This document shows, in pieces, positions 38,847 through 48,318 of a stretch of 64,000 bases of DNA; positions within the stretch are counted from its first letter, which is position 1, and every line of letters begins with the position of its first letter. This DNA comes from an uncultured delta proteobacterium (GTDB lineage: Bacteria > Myxococcota > UBA727 > VGSZ01). Under the pieces are notes generated by a model that worked only from the letters and a program-made list of their open reading frames with translations, ran no database searches and was not told where the DNA came from. Where the stretch lies: positions 256,001-320,000 of the forward strand of contig CAVZJB010000004.1 of assembly GCA_963775425.1 (NCBI GenBank), given 5' to 3'. A program made the translations under genes and the position numbers.

Positions 38847-40076
38847 ATGCCGGCAGAGGGCGGAGCGCAGAACGAGGCCTGGATCGCACGGGGACAAAAG
38901 GTGCTGCTCGGAAACTACCGGCCCCTGCCGGTGGTCATCACCGGCGGCGAAGGCGCGCGGGTCAAGGACGCCGACGGCAACGCCTACATCGACTTCGCCG
39001 GCGGCATCGCCGTCACGTCGCTCGGTCACAACCACCCGCTGCTCGTCGCCGCCCTCAGGGAGCAGGCGGGCAAGGTCCTGCACACGTCGAACATCGTGTG
39101 GAACGAGCCCGCCATCGCCCTCGCCGAGAAGCTCGTGAAGAGCTCGTTCGGCGAGCGCGTGTTCTTCTGCAACTCGGGCGCGGAGGCCGTCGAGGCGATG
39201 ATCAAGCTCGCGCGCCGCGTGTTCCACGAGCGCGGCGAGGGCCGCTTCGAGATCGTCAGCTTCGAAAAGAGCTTCCACGGCCGCACCATGGGCGCGCTCA
39301 CCGCCACGGGGCAGGAGAAGTACCGCGTGGGCTTCGAGCCGCTCCTGCCCGGCGTGAGGAGCGTCCCCTACGGCGACATCAGCGCGCTCGAGGCGGCGAT
39401 GACGGAGCGCACCGCCGCGGTGCTCCTCGAGCCCATCCAGGGCGAGGGCGGCGTCGTCGTTCCGCCCCCGGGCTTCGTGAAGGCCGTCCGCGAGATCACG
39501 CAGCGCCACGGCTGCCTCATGCTCCTCGACGAGGTGCAGTCGGGCGTCGGCCGCACCGGCACGCTGTGGGCCTACGAGCAGGAGGGCGTCGCGCCCGACG
39601 CCATGAGCGTCGCCAAGGGCGTCGGCGGCGGCGTCCCCCTCGGCGCGATGATCACCACCGACGACCTCGGGCAGCACCTCCCGCCCGGCTCCCACGGCTC
39701 CACCTTCGGCGGCAACCCGCTCGCGTGCACCGCCGGCAACATCGTCCTCGACGTCGTCGGCGACCCGGCGTTCCTCGGCCGCGTGAAGACCCTCGGCGCG
39801 GACCTGCTGAGCCGGCTGCAGCAGATGATGAAGCAGCACAGGAAGGTCGTCGTCGACGTGCGCGGCCGCGGGCTGTGGGCCGGCATGGAGCTCAACGTCG
39901 ACGCGAGCGCGCTCCCGCGCCGCGCGCTGCAGCGCGGGCTCCTGTTGAACACCATCGGTGGCAAGGTCATCCGCTTCGCGCCGCCGCTGGTCATCGACAA
40001 GGCCACGCTCGACCAGGGGCTCGCCGTCGTCGACGAGCTGTTGAGCGAGCTCACCGTCGAGCCCACGCGCGCATGA
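38847..40076 (+). CDS. argD: Acetylornithine aminotransferase
   Basis: ATG 38847 after GGAGG; NSGAEA, SFHGRT, EPIQGEGG, DEVQSG, HGSTFGGNP. Confidence 0.92.
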   Translation: MPAEGGAQNEAWIARGQKVLLGNYRPLPVVITGGEGARVKDADGNAYIDFAGGIAVTSLGHNHPLLVAALREQAGKVLHTSNIVWNEPAIALAEKLVKSSFGERVFFCNSGAEAVEAMIKLARRVFHERGEGRFEIVSFEKSFHGRTMGALTATGQEKYRVGFEPLLPGVRSVPYGDISALEAAMTERTAAVLLEPIQGEGGVVVPPPGFVKAVREITQRHGCLMLLDEVQSGVGRTGTLWAYEQEGVAPDAMSVAKGVGGGVPLGAMITTDDLGQHLPPGSHGSTFGGNPLACTAGNIVLDVVGDPAFLGRVKTLGADLLSRLQQMMKQHRKVVVDVRGRGLWAGMELNVDASALPRRALQRGLLLNTIGGKVIRFAPPLVIDKATLDQGLAVVDELLSELTVEPTRA

Positions 40077-41398
40077 CCGGCGGCGCCCCCGCCGAGATCG
40101 ACGCCGCCGTCGACGCCGCCGTCGGCGCGCTCCTGCTCGACCACGACGTCACCGAGATCCTCGCGCTCGAGGGCGGCTTCCTCGAAGTGCTCCGGCGCGG
40201 CCGGCGCGAGCGCCTCGACGTCGTCCTCGAGGGGCCGCTGTTCGCGCTCTTGCGGGAGGCCGGCGCCGAGCACGCGCTGGTGCGCCTCAAGCTGCGCGGC
40301 GGACAGCAGCTCGTGAGCGGCCCTCTCGTCGACGGGCGCACCGCGCTGCGCATCGAGAAGGGCGCGCCCCTCGACGCCACGCTCGACGCGCTCGCCCAGG
40401 AGGGCATGCTGCCGGCCGGCGTCGGCGCGGAGCTCGTCGCGGCCGTCCTCGAGGGCGCGGGACTCCTCGTGCTCGGGCCTTCGCGCACGGCGCGCCAACG
40501 CTGTGTCGCCGCCGTCGTGCGCGCGCTCCAGGGCAGCGTCGCCTGGCTCGGCTGCACGGACGCGCTCGCGCCGCTCGTCCCGGTTCCCCTCGAGCGCGAC
40601 GCCGCCGTCGTCGACAAGGCGCGCGCCGCCGTCTCCCTCGGCGCCGACGCCGTCTGCGGCCTCGAGCTGCACGCCGCCGACGTCGCCGACGTCGCCCGCG
40701 CGTCGTTGGGGCTGCCGCTCGTGTGCTCGGTGCAGGCGTCGTCGATGGAGGCGCTGGCGGCCGCGCTCGGCATGCCCGTGGGCGCCGCCGCCGGCACCAG
40801 CGCCGTCATCGGGCTCGGCCCCGACGGCCGGCCGCGGCTCGTCGAGCTCCACGGGCCTGCGCGCGCCGCCGACCACGACGACGAGGCCCCGACGCCCGGC
40901 GCGGCGGCGACGGCTGCCCCCCCCCTCGGCGCCACGGTCGCACCCGCCGTCAGCGCCGTCGTGACCGCTGCGGGCCGCGGCATCCCCGGCGCGTTCTCGG
41001 GCGCCCCGGCGCCCGCCGAGGTCAGCGGCCTGCGCCAGCGCCCGCCCGGCGGCGACGTCGTCGATGAGCCGCTGCCGCCGCTCGGCGAGCTCCCCCACGG
41101 CTGGGCCAGCGACGCGCCCGACGACGACCCGGGCTGGGAGCTCGGCGACACCGGCGCCCCGCCGCCCGCGGGCTCGTTCGACGCCGCGCTGCAGTCGACC
41201 AAGAGCCGCCCCTCGTTCGCGCCGAGGCCGCCGCCGGCGCACCCGCAGGCGCGCGCCCTGCGCGCCGACGCCGCCGGGGAGCGCGCGGGGGCCGTCGCGG
41301 ATCCCTTCGGCGGGCTCACCTTCGAGCCGCCGCCGGGCGGCCCCGCCGACGGCGACGAGCTCGGCGAGGGCGACGAGCTCGACGAAGGTGACGAGTGA
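40073..41398 (+). CDS. Degenerate CpaF/TadA/VirB11-like ATPase with Pro/acidic tail
   Basis: ATGA overlap with argD; LLLDHDVTEI, GPLVDG, LRIEK...TLDALAQEGML resemble CpaF; the Walker A position reads GPSRTAR. Confidence 0.6.
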   Translation: MTGGAPAEIDAAVDAAVGALLLDHDVTEILALEGGFLEVLRRGRRERLDVVLEGPLFALLREAGAEHALVRLKLRGGQQLVSGPLVDGRTALRIEKGAPLDATLDALAQEGMLPAGVGAELVAAVLEGAGLLVLGPSRTARQRCVAAVVRALQGSVAWLGCTDALAPLVPVPLERDAAVVDKARAAVSLGADAVCGLELHAADVADVARASLGLPLVCSVQASSMEALAAALGMPVGAAAGTSAVIGLGPDGRPRLVELHGPARAADHDDEAPTPGAAATAAPPLGATVAPAVSAVVTAAGRGIPGAFSGAPAPAEVSGLRQRPPGGDVVDEPLPPLGELPHGWASDAPDDDPGWELGDTGAPPPAGSFDAALQSTKSRPSFAPRPPPAHPQARALRADAAGERAGAVADPFGGLTFEPPPGGPADGDELGEGDELDEGDE

Positions 41399-42219
41399 GC
41401 TCGGTGTCCGAGGGGCCGCCCACCACGGTGACGGCGCCGCCGTCGTCGTCGACGGTGGCCACGGCGGACCAGCCCTACATCTCGTTTCGGGACGTGTCGA
41501 AGTCGTTCGGCCGCCAGGTCATCTACGACGGCCTCGATCTCGAGGTGAGGCGCGGCGAGACCCTGTGCGTCATCGGTGCGTCGGGCGTGGGCAAGAGCGT
41601 GATGCTCAAGATGCTCATCGGCCTCTTGCCCGTCGACGCCGGCGAGATCACGTTCGACGGGCAGTGCGTCAGCGACCTCGACGACGACGTCGCCTTCCTG
41701 CCGGTGCGCCGCCGCATCGCCATGGTGTTTCAGGGCGCGGCGCTCTTCGATTCGCTCACGGTCTACGAAAACGTCGCCTATCCGCTGCGCGAGCAGTTCA
41801 ACCTCGAGGAAGACGACATCGCGCGGCGCGTGGCCGAGAAGCTCGAGTGGGTGGGGCTGCCCGGCATCGAGCAGAAGAAGCCGGCCGAGCTCTCGGGCGG
41901 CATGAAGAAGCGCGTCGGCCTCGCGCGCAGCATCGCCACCGACCCCGAGGTCATCCTCTACGACGAGCCCACCACGGGCCTCGATCCGGTGAACACCAAG
42001 CGCATCGGCAACCTCATCCTGTCGTTGAGCGAGCGCTTGAAGTGCACGAGCCTCGTCGTCACGCACGACATGACCACCGTCTTTCAGGTGGCCGACCGCA
42101 TCGCCTTCATCTACGGCCGCCGCATCCGCGCCGTGGGCTCGCCCGATGAGATGCGCACCCATCGCGACCGGCGCGTGAGCGGCTTCATCGAAGGCGATCC
42201 CGACGCCTTCGACGAGTGA
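41395..42219 (+). CDS. ABC transporter ATPase, MlaF/Mkl type
   Basis: GASGVGKS, FQGAALFDSLTV, LSGGMKKRVGLAR, YDEPTTGLDP. Confidence 0.9.
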   Translation: MSSVSEGPPTTVTAPPSSSTVATADQPYISFRDVSKSFGRQVIYDGLDLEVRRGETLCVIGASGVGKSVMLKMLIGLLPVDAGEITFDGQCVSDLDDDVAFLPVRRRIAMVFQGAALFDSLTVYENVAYPLREQFNLEEDDIARRVAEKLEWVGLPGIEQKKPAELSGGMKKRVGLARSIATDPEVILYDEPTTGLDPVNTKRIGNLILSLSERLKCTSLVVTHDMTTVFQVADRIAFIYGRRIRAVGSPDEMRTHRDRRVSGFIEGDPDAFDE

Positions 42220-43448
42220 CGAGCATCATGTTGCTCGCCGCCGCCGTCGTCACCGCGCTCACCGCACTCGCCCCCGCGCTCGAGCCCGTGGCGGACTTCG
42301 GCGACAACCCCGGCAACCTCTCGATGCTCGAGCACGTGCCCGCGGGCGCGTCGGGTCCCCTGCCCCTCGTGCTCGTGCTGCACGGCTGCAGTCAGGACGC
42401 CTCGTACGCCGACGCCGTCGGGCTCGTGACGCTCGCCGACGAGGTCGGCGCCGCGCTCGTCGTGGCCGAGCAGAAGAGCGCCAACAACCAGCAGCGCTGC
42501 TTCAACTGGTTCGAGGAGGGCGACATCACGCGCGACCAGGGCGAGGCCGCGTCGCTCGCGAGCATGGTGTCGTCGATGAAGGCGCGGCACGACATCGACG
42601 ACGCGCGCGTGTTCGTGACCGGGGTGTCGGCGGGGGGCGCGATGAGCGCGGTGATGCTCGCCGACTACCCCGACGTCTTCGCCGCCGGCGCGGTGCTCGC
42701 CGGCGTCCCCTACCGCTGCGGCACCGGGCTCACGGCGGCGTTCACCTGCATGTCGAGCCCGCCGTCGCGCACGGCGGACGCGTGGGCGCAGCTCGTGCGC
42801 GACGCGGCCCCGCCTGGGTCGAGCTCGTTCCCGCGCGTCGCGGTCTGGGCCGGCACCAACGACCACACCGTGAGCCCCACCGACGCCAACGACCTGGTCC
42901 TTCAGTGGACCGGCGTGCACGGGCTGGACGCGGCGGCGCCGTCGACGACGCGCGCGCTCGGCAGCGCCGTCGTCGAGGACTTCGGCGCGGACGGCGACGG
43001 GCCGCCGCTCGTCGAGAGCGTGCGCATCCCGGGCATGGACCACGGCACGCCGGTGGACCCCTCCGCGGGCTGCGGCACCGCCGGGGACTTCATCCTCGAC
43101 GTCGGCATTTGCTCGAGCCGCGCCATCTTCCATTTCTTCGGTCTCGTCGACGACGGCGCCCCCGGCGACGCGGGCATCGACGCGGACGCGGGCATCGACG
43201 CGGACGCGGGCATCGACGCGGACGCGGGCATCAACGCGGACGCGGGCATCAACGCGGACGCGGGGACCGGCGCGGACGCGGGCACCGGCGCGGGCACCGG
43301 CGACGCCGGCATCGGCGACGCGGACATCGGCGACGCCGGGCCCGGCGACGGCGTCGCCCGCGGCTGCGCCTCCAGCCCCGACGCGGCCCTGCCGATGGCG
43401 TTGCTGCTGCTCGCCGCGCACGTGCGCCGACGGTCGCGAACGCGCTGA
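42216..43448 (+). CDS. Secreted PHB depolymerase-family esterase with MYXO-CTERM-like tail
   Basis: LHGCSQ, CFNWF, GVSAGG, GMDHG; DAGIDA linker; GCASS-hydrophobic-RRRSR tail. Confidence 0.88.
   Translation: MTSIMLLAAAVVTALTALAPALEPVADFGDNPGNLSMLEHVPAGASGPLPLVLVLHGCSQDASYADAVGLVTLADEVGAALVVAEQKSANNQQRCFNWFEEGDITRDQGEAASLASMVSSMKARHDIDDARVFVTGVSAGGAMSAVMLADYPDVFAAGAVLAGVPYRCGTGLTAAFTCMSSPPSRTADAWAQLVRDAAPPGSSSFPRVAVWAGTNDHTVSPTDANDLVLQWTGVHGLDAAAPSTTRALGSAVVEDFGADGDGPPLVESVRIPGMDHGTPVDPSAGCGTAGDFILDVGICSSRAIFHFFGLVDDGAPGDAGIDADAGIDADAGIDADAGINADAGINADAGTGADAGTGAGTGDAGIGDADIGDAGPGDGVARGCASSPDAALPMALLLLAAHVRRRSRTR
43167..43274 (+). repeat. Coding 18-nt tandem repeat (DAGI[D/N]A)
   Basis: Five near-identical units followed by degenerate ones. 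Confidence 0.9.
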
Positions 43449-43493
43449 TGGGAGGAGCCGCACCGTCGATGCGGCGCGTTCGCGCCCGGCGCG

Positions 43494-44075
43494 GAGGTGT
43501 CGACGCGTGCGACGACGACGACGCCGGCCGTCGCCCCGATGCGAGAAAGGCGCCGAAGGCGGCGTAGACCGTGATCCATCGATCCGAGCCACCCGGAAGG
43601 GGACGGTGCTACGGCCACACGGCGGAGCGGAAAGGAGCTCCGAGCTCGGCGACGAAGACGCGCGCCGAGTTGAGCGCCGGGGCGCCGAGCTCTCCGCTCC
43701 TTTCCGCTCCGGCGGTGGCGACGTTGTCTAGCCTTCGCTGATCCGAGCGCCCAAGCACTCGCAACTCACCGAGATTTGCGCGCCAAAAGTGCGGCTCGAG
43801 CTGACGACCCAGGCCGTGGAAGGTGACGACGGTCGCCCTGATGGCCTTCAACCTGCTGCAGAACCTCGCGAAGCTCACCGCCTGAAGTCCGCGCCGACGT
43901 CGCATCGAGGCACGTCGGCGCGCACACGACCCGCACGAACCCTGTACGACGTTCGCGGGCTGATGAGCGATCGTCAGCTCCGGCCCGACGTGCCTCGCCA
44001 CGTACTCCGCGCGGCGAGCCACCTTGTGGGCGGCTTCGCCGAGTGCTGCTACGAGCCTTGTTTTTCGTCAGCCTC
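43494..44075 (+). mobile_element. IS remnant/MITE copy 2, inverted relative to copy 1; left end approximate
   Basis: Shares four blocks with 25978-26374, including 90/90 and 64/65 nt; encodes KVTTVALMAFNLLQNLAKLTA-stop; ends TTTTTCGTCAGCCTC then TCA. Confidence 0.72.
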
Positions 44076-44165
44076 TCATCAGTCATCCGGAGGATGAGGT
44101 GGGCGTCGCTCCCATAGCGCAGAGGGCCGACGTTCGACCGCGCGCCCGGCGCCGATACCTCCACC

Positions 44166-44666
44166 ATGCTCGACGCGTTCCGCTCAGACCCCGCCCACGC
44201 CGCCGGCCGCATCCTCGGCCGCGTCATCTTCAGCCTCGCCTACGGCGGCCGCGGCGCCGCCGCCCCCGCGGGCCGCGAGGAGGAGATCGTGGACGAGGTC
44301 GCCGGCGCCTTGAACGCGTGCCTCGAGCGCTTCTTCTCGCCTGCGGTGCTCTTCGATCCCTTGACCAGGCGCGCCGTCGTCGACGCGGACACCCAGCTCA
44401 CGCTCACGCCGGTGGACGTGAAGGCGCTCGACGGCGACCTCGACAGCATCCGGGCCCGCCTGCACCTGCTCGAGAAGCGGGGGCTCGACCACCTGCCCGA
44501 GTACGCCTACCTCAGCGCCAGGTGCGAGGAGCTCACGCAGAGGTGGCGCGAGAGCTGCCACGCCCAGGGAGAGCCGACGTCCATGCGGCCGGTCCCGACG
44601 CCGGAGGACGCGGAGCCCGACCCGACGCCGCCGGAGCTGTCGGCCTTGAGCTCGATGTACCGCTGA
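44166..44666 (+). CDS. Hypothetical protein
   Basis: 166-aa ORF with normal amino-acid composition, convergent on the MFS gene. Confidence 0.65.
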   Translation: MLDAFRSDPAHAAGRILGRVIFSLAYGGRGAAAPAGREEEIVDEVAGALNACLERFFSPAVLFDPLTRRAVVDADTQLTLTPVDVKALDGDLDSIRARLHLLEKRGLDHLPEYAYLSARCEELTQRWRESCHAQGEPTSMRPVPTPEDAEPDPTPPELSALSSMYR

Positions 44667-44669
44667 GCG

Positions 44670-46205
44670 TCACGCGCCGAATTGCGGCGGCGCCCCTGCC
44701 TCGTCGATGTGCGGGACCCACAGCGTGAGCACCATGCCGGGCACGGTGACCACGAAGGTGAGCCCGAAGTACAGCGCGTAGCCGAGCCAGTCGGCGAGGA
44801 AGCCCGAGAACACGCCTGCCACCGTGAAGCTGAGGCTCATGAGCGACGTCAGGAGCGCCATGTGCGCGGCCTTGTGCTCGGGGAGGCAGCAGCGGATGAG
44901 GTAGACGAGGAACACCGCGGTGCCGAGACCTGCGCCGAGGTTCTCGATGATGATGACGACGGTGGCGATGGTGAGGCGCACGTCGACGCCGGGCATCACC
45001 GGGGCCGTCGCCGCGCGGATCTCGGGCGACCACACGGCGGCCGCGCAAAACGCGAGGTGCAGCCCGTTCATGGCGAAGAGGAACGGCCAGATGCAGCGTT
45101 TGAGGCCGTAGCGCGCGATGAGCATGCCGCCCGCGAGCGGCGCCGCCAGGGCGGCGACGGTGCCGAGCGTGCCCTGCGCGACGCCGTACTCGGACTGCGA
45201 GAGACCGAGCTGGGTCTTCACGAACGCGTAGCGCATGGTCTGAAGGAAGCTCTCGCCGACGCGAAACAGGATGACATACGCGAGGATGCGCCCCGCGTGC
45301 GGCTGCGCGAGGAACGCCACGAAGGAGCGCGCGTAGTCCGACGACGACCCCTCGATGCGCTTCTTGATGCGCGGGAGCATCGCCAACAGGACGGCGAGCA
45401 CGACGATGAGCAAGAGGCCGATCCAGTCGGACGGACCGAGCCTCTGGAGCCTCGGCGCGATGACGGGCGCGGCCCGGCGGAACATCACGCCGAGGGCCCA
45501 CCACGCCGCGCCGTTCACCACGGTGCGGACGCCGGCCACGACCACGGCGAAGGCGCAGGCGCCGAGGAGGAAGCGCGGGTTCACCATGCGGCGCGCGAGC
45601 ACGAGGAGCGGCTGCTTCTCCGTCTCCGTGCGCGGCAAGAAGAAGAGGTGGAAGACGAAGAGGGCGATCATGATCGCCGCCATGATCACGAAGCCCGCCG
45701 CCCAGCCCGCCTTGTCGCAGATGATGGCCATAGGCCCGGTGACGACGAGCATGGCCACGCGCCACGCGGGCGCGCGCAGGCCGACGAGCTTCTCCTGGTT
45801 CTTCTTGTCGATGGCCTCGAGGTAGAGGCCGTCGATGGCGATGTCGTGGGTGGCGGAGAGCACCGCGACGAGGAGAAACATGGCGCTCGCGAGCGCGAGC
45901 ACGTCTTTCAGCGCCGCGACGAAAGAAAACGCCACCAGCGCCGCCGACAGCAACAGCTCGATGCCGACCAGCCAGCGGCGCTTGGTGCCGTACGCGTCGA
46001 GGAACGGGCCCACGAACGCCTTGAGGTTCCACGGCAGGTGGAAGAGCGACGTGAGCCCCACCGCCTCCAGCGACGCCTTCTGCGCCACGAAGTAGAGGTT
46101 CGCGAGGTTGACGACGATGGAGTAGGGGTAGCCCTCGGCGAAGTACGTCGTGATGGTCCACAGCCACGCGGGCGCGGTCGGGCGGCGTCTGGGCGGCGGA
46201 TCCAT
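44670..46205 (-). CDS. AmpG-like MFS transporter
   Basis: ATG 46205; TYFAEGYPY, LPWNLK, SATHDIAIDG; many TM segments. Confidence 0.85.
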   Translation of the reverse strand: MDPPPRRRPTAPAWLWTITTYFAEGYPYSIVVNLANLYFVAQKASLEAVGLTSLFHLPWNLKAFVGPFLDAYGTKRRWLVGIELLLSAALVAFSFVAALKDVLALASAMFLLVAVLSATHDIAIDGLYLEAIDKKNQEKLVGLRAPAWRVAMLVVTGPMAIICDKAGWAAGFVIMAAIMIALFVFHLFFLPRTETEKQPLLVLARRMVNPRFLLGACAFAVVVAGVRTVVNGAAWWALGVMFRRAAPVIAPRLQRLGPSDWIGLLLIVVLAVLLAMLPRIKKRIEGSSSDYARSFVAFLAQPHAGRILAYVILFRVGESFLQTMRYAFVKTQLGLSQSEYGVAQGTLGTVAALAAPLAGGMLIARYGLKRCIWPFLFAMNGLHLAFCAAAVWSPEIRAATAPVMPGVDVRLTIATVVIIIENLGAGLGTAVFLVYLIRCCLPEHKAAHMALLTSLMSLSFTVAGVFSGFLADWLGYALYFGLTFVVTVPGMVLTLWVPHIDEAGAPPQFGA

Positions 46206-46225
46206 GGGGTGCACCCTATCGCCTC

Positions 46226-46291
46226 TTGACAGGCGGAAATCGGCATCCGATAGGAAACAAGCCCGTTTCCACTTTCGCGATCGGGCTTTCC
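46226..46291 (+). promoter_or_regulatory. Candidate divergent promoter/operator region
   Basis: TTGACA at 46226; nested inverted repeats GGAAAC...GTTTCC and GGAAACAAGCCCG...CGGGCTTTCC in an AT-richer intergenic stretch. Confidence 0.35.
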
Positions 46292-46416
46292 TTTGGGGTG
46301 CGGCCGTGGTGCAATCGCTCTTGACCGAAAGAAACGCCGGGGCGCTCGGGGGCCTGCTGTCCCCGGTCGAAAACGAGATCGAAGCGCTGGCGCTGTCCAG
46401 GGCCGCGGGAGACAGG

Positions 46417-47085
46417 ATGACGAAGGCCGCCAACGACAAGCGCAAGCCCGACGACGACGTCGCCGGCGCAGAGGGCGCGGAAGAACAGGTCAAGCTCGGC
46501 GACACCGTGAAGCGGCTGCGCGAGCAGGCGGGCTGGTCCATCCAGCGCCTCGCGCGTGAGGCAGCCGTTTCCTCGGCGACGATCTTCAAGATCGAGAAGG
46601 ACCGCATGGTCCCGTCGGTGACGGTGCTGTTGAAGCTGGCCAAGGCCCTCAAGCAGCCGATCGCGACGCTCCTCGAGAACCAGGCGCCCCGCGAGCGCGC
46701 CGGCTACGCGGTGTCGCGCAAGGACGATCGCCAGGAGTTCCGCTTCGCGGAGCTGCCGCTGGTCATCCAACGCACCGTCGGCGGCTGGGCCGATCGCCAG
46801 CTCGAGGCCGGCTTCTACATCGTCGACCAGGGAGGCACGCCCACGCGCGCGCCGCTGTCGCACCCCGGCGAGAAGCTCTACTTCATCCTCGACGGCCGCG
46901 TGCGCTTCGAGGTCGACGGCGAGCACGTGCTCCTCGAGCCCGGCGACGTCCTGCACCTCAAGGCCACCGTGCCGCACCGCTGGGAGAACGCCGCCGAGGG
47001 CCCCTCGCGCATGTTCTTCGTCGTGACGCCGGTGCCGTCGTTCGCGAAGCAGAAGGCGCCGGCGTTCGACGGCCCCACGGCCTGA
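46417..47085 (+). CDS. XRE-family HTH plus cupin transcriptional regulator
   Basis: ATG 46417; LREQAGWSIQRLA...IFKIEKDRMVPSV; cupin HPGE...VPHRW. Confidence 0.9.
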   Translation: MTKAANDKRKPDDDVAGAEGAEEQVKLGDTVKRLREQAGWSIQRLAREAAVSSATIFKIEKDRMVPSVTVLLKLAKALKQPIATLLENQAPRERAGYAVSRKDDRQEFRFAELPLVIQRTVGGWADRQLEAGFYIVDQGGTPTRAPLSHPGEKLYFILDGRVRFEVDGEHVLLEPGDVLHLKATVPHRWENAAEGPSRMFFVVTPVPSFAKQKAPAFDGPTA

Positions 47086-47194
47086 CCGGCGGGGCTCGAC
47101 CGCGCTCCCGGTGGCTGATCAAGCGCGGCGCGGCCGCCGCGAAGGAAACGCTCTTGTTTCTCATTGGCGCCCTCGCGGGCGTGAGAGGTGTTCG

Positions 47195-48316
47195 ATGCAT
47201 CTGAAGCTCGATGACGAGCGCGCGCTCCTGCGGGACACGGTGCGCGCCTTCGCCAAGGAGGAGGTCCGCCCGCACGCGCGCGGCTGGGAGGAGGCCGGCG
47301 CCGTCGCCGACGACGTCCTCGACGCCGCGTGGCAGCTCGGCTTCGCGCTCATGGGCGCCGGCCCCACGTACGGCGGCGCGGCCGACGACGACGACGCGGT
47401 GCCGTCCGCGCTCACGAACGCCATCGTGCTCGAGGAGCTCGCGCACGCGGACCTCGGCTTCGCGCTCGCCGCGACGTCGCCGCTGCACGCCGTGGTGCCG
47501 CTCCTCGCCTGCGGTCACGAGGGGCTCAAGCGCGAGCTGCTCCCCGGCCTGCTTTCATCGCAGACGCTGCCGAAGGCGACGGGCGCGTGGGTCGAGCCCG
47601 CGCGCAGCTACGACCTGCGCGCCCTCGCCACGCGCGCGGAGACCACCGTGCAGGGCCCCGTGCTCTCCGGCAAGAAGACCCTGGTGCCGCGGGCCGGCGA
47701 CAGCGAGGTCACAGTCGTCATGGCCCGCGCCCGCGGCGGCCACGACGCGGCTTCGTTCGAGCCCTATCTCCTCCTCGGCAAGAACGTGTCGGGCATGACG
47801 CGCGGCGCCCGTTGCGACGTCATCGGCCCCTGCGCCACGGCGCTCGTCGACGTCACCCTCGACGAAGCCGCCGCACGGACGCTGGCCGCCCGCCCCGGCG
47901 TCGCCCACGCGCGCCTCGAGGAGCGCGCGCTCGTCGGCTCCGCCGCCGCCGCCGTCGGCGTCGCCCGCGCCGCCTGCGAGTACGCCGTCGACTACGCCCG
48001 CGACCGCCGCGCCTTCGGCCGCGCCATCGCGCAGAACCAGTCCATCGCGTTCATGCTCGCGGAGGCGGCCATGGACGTCGAGGCCGCGCGCTGGCTCACG
48101 TGGAAGGCCGCGTGGCGCATCGATCGCACCGAAGGCGAAAGCGCGTTGGTCGAGGCCGGGCGCGCCTGGCGCTTCGCCGCGGACCTCGCGTTCAAGACGG
48201 CGGACAACTGCGTGCAGATCCTCGGCGGCCACGGCGTCATCCGCGATCACCTCGCGGAGCTGTTCTTCAGAAACTCCCGCACCCTCGCCCGGACCCCCGG
48301 CTGGTTCATGGTGTGA
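47195..48316 (+). CDS. Acyl-CoA dehydrogenase family protein, probably the non-catalytic partner
   Basis: YARDRRAFGRAIAQNQSIAF, VQILGGHG; lacks the C-terminal xxEGT motif. Confidence 0.85.
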   Translation: MHLKLDDERALLRDTVRAFAKEEVRPHARGWEEAGAVADDVLDAAWQLGFALMGAGPTYGGAADDDDAVPSALTNAIVLEELAHADLGFALAATSPLHAVVPLLACGHEGLKRELLPGLLSSQTLPKATGAWVEPARSYDLRALATRAETTVQGPVLSGKKTLVPRAGDSEVTVVMARARGGHDAASFEPYLLLGKNVSGMTRGARCDVIGPCATALVDVTLDEAAARTLAARPGVAHARLEERALVGSAAAAVGVARAACEYAVDYARDRRAFGRAIAQNQSIAFMLAEAAMDVEAARWLTWKAAWRIDRTEGESALVEAGRAWRFAADLAFKTADNCVQILGGHGVIRDHLAELFFRNSRTLARTPGWFMV

Positions 48317-48318
48317 AC

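Noticed and set aside
44055-44105. Hammerhead ribozyme on the minus strand (hairpin, CTGATGA, then CGAAA)
   Set aside because: Stem II is only 1 bp, there is no stem III or UH cleavage site, and the motif arises at the IS end junction.
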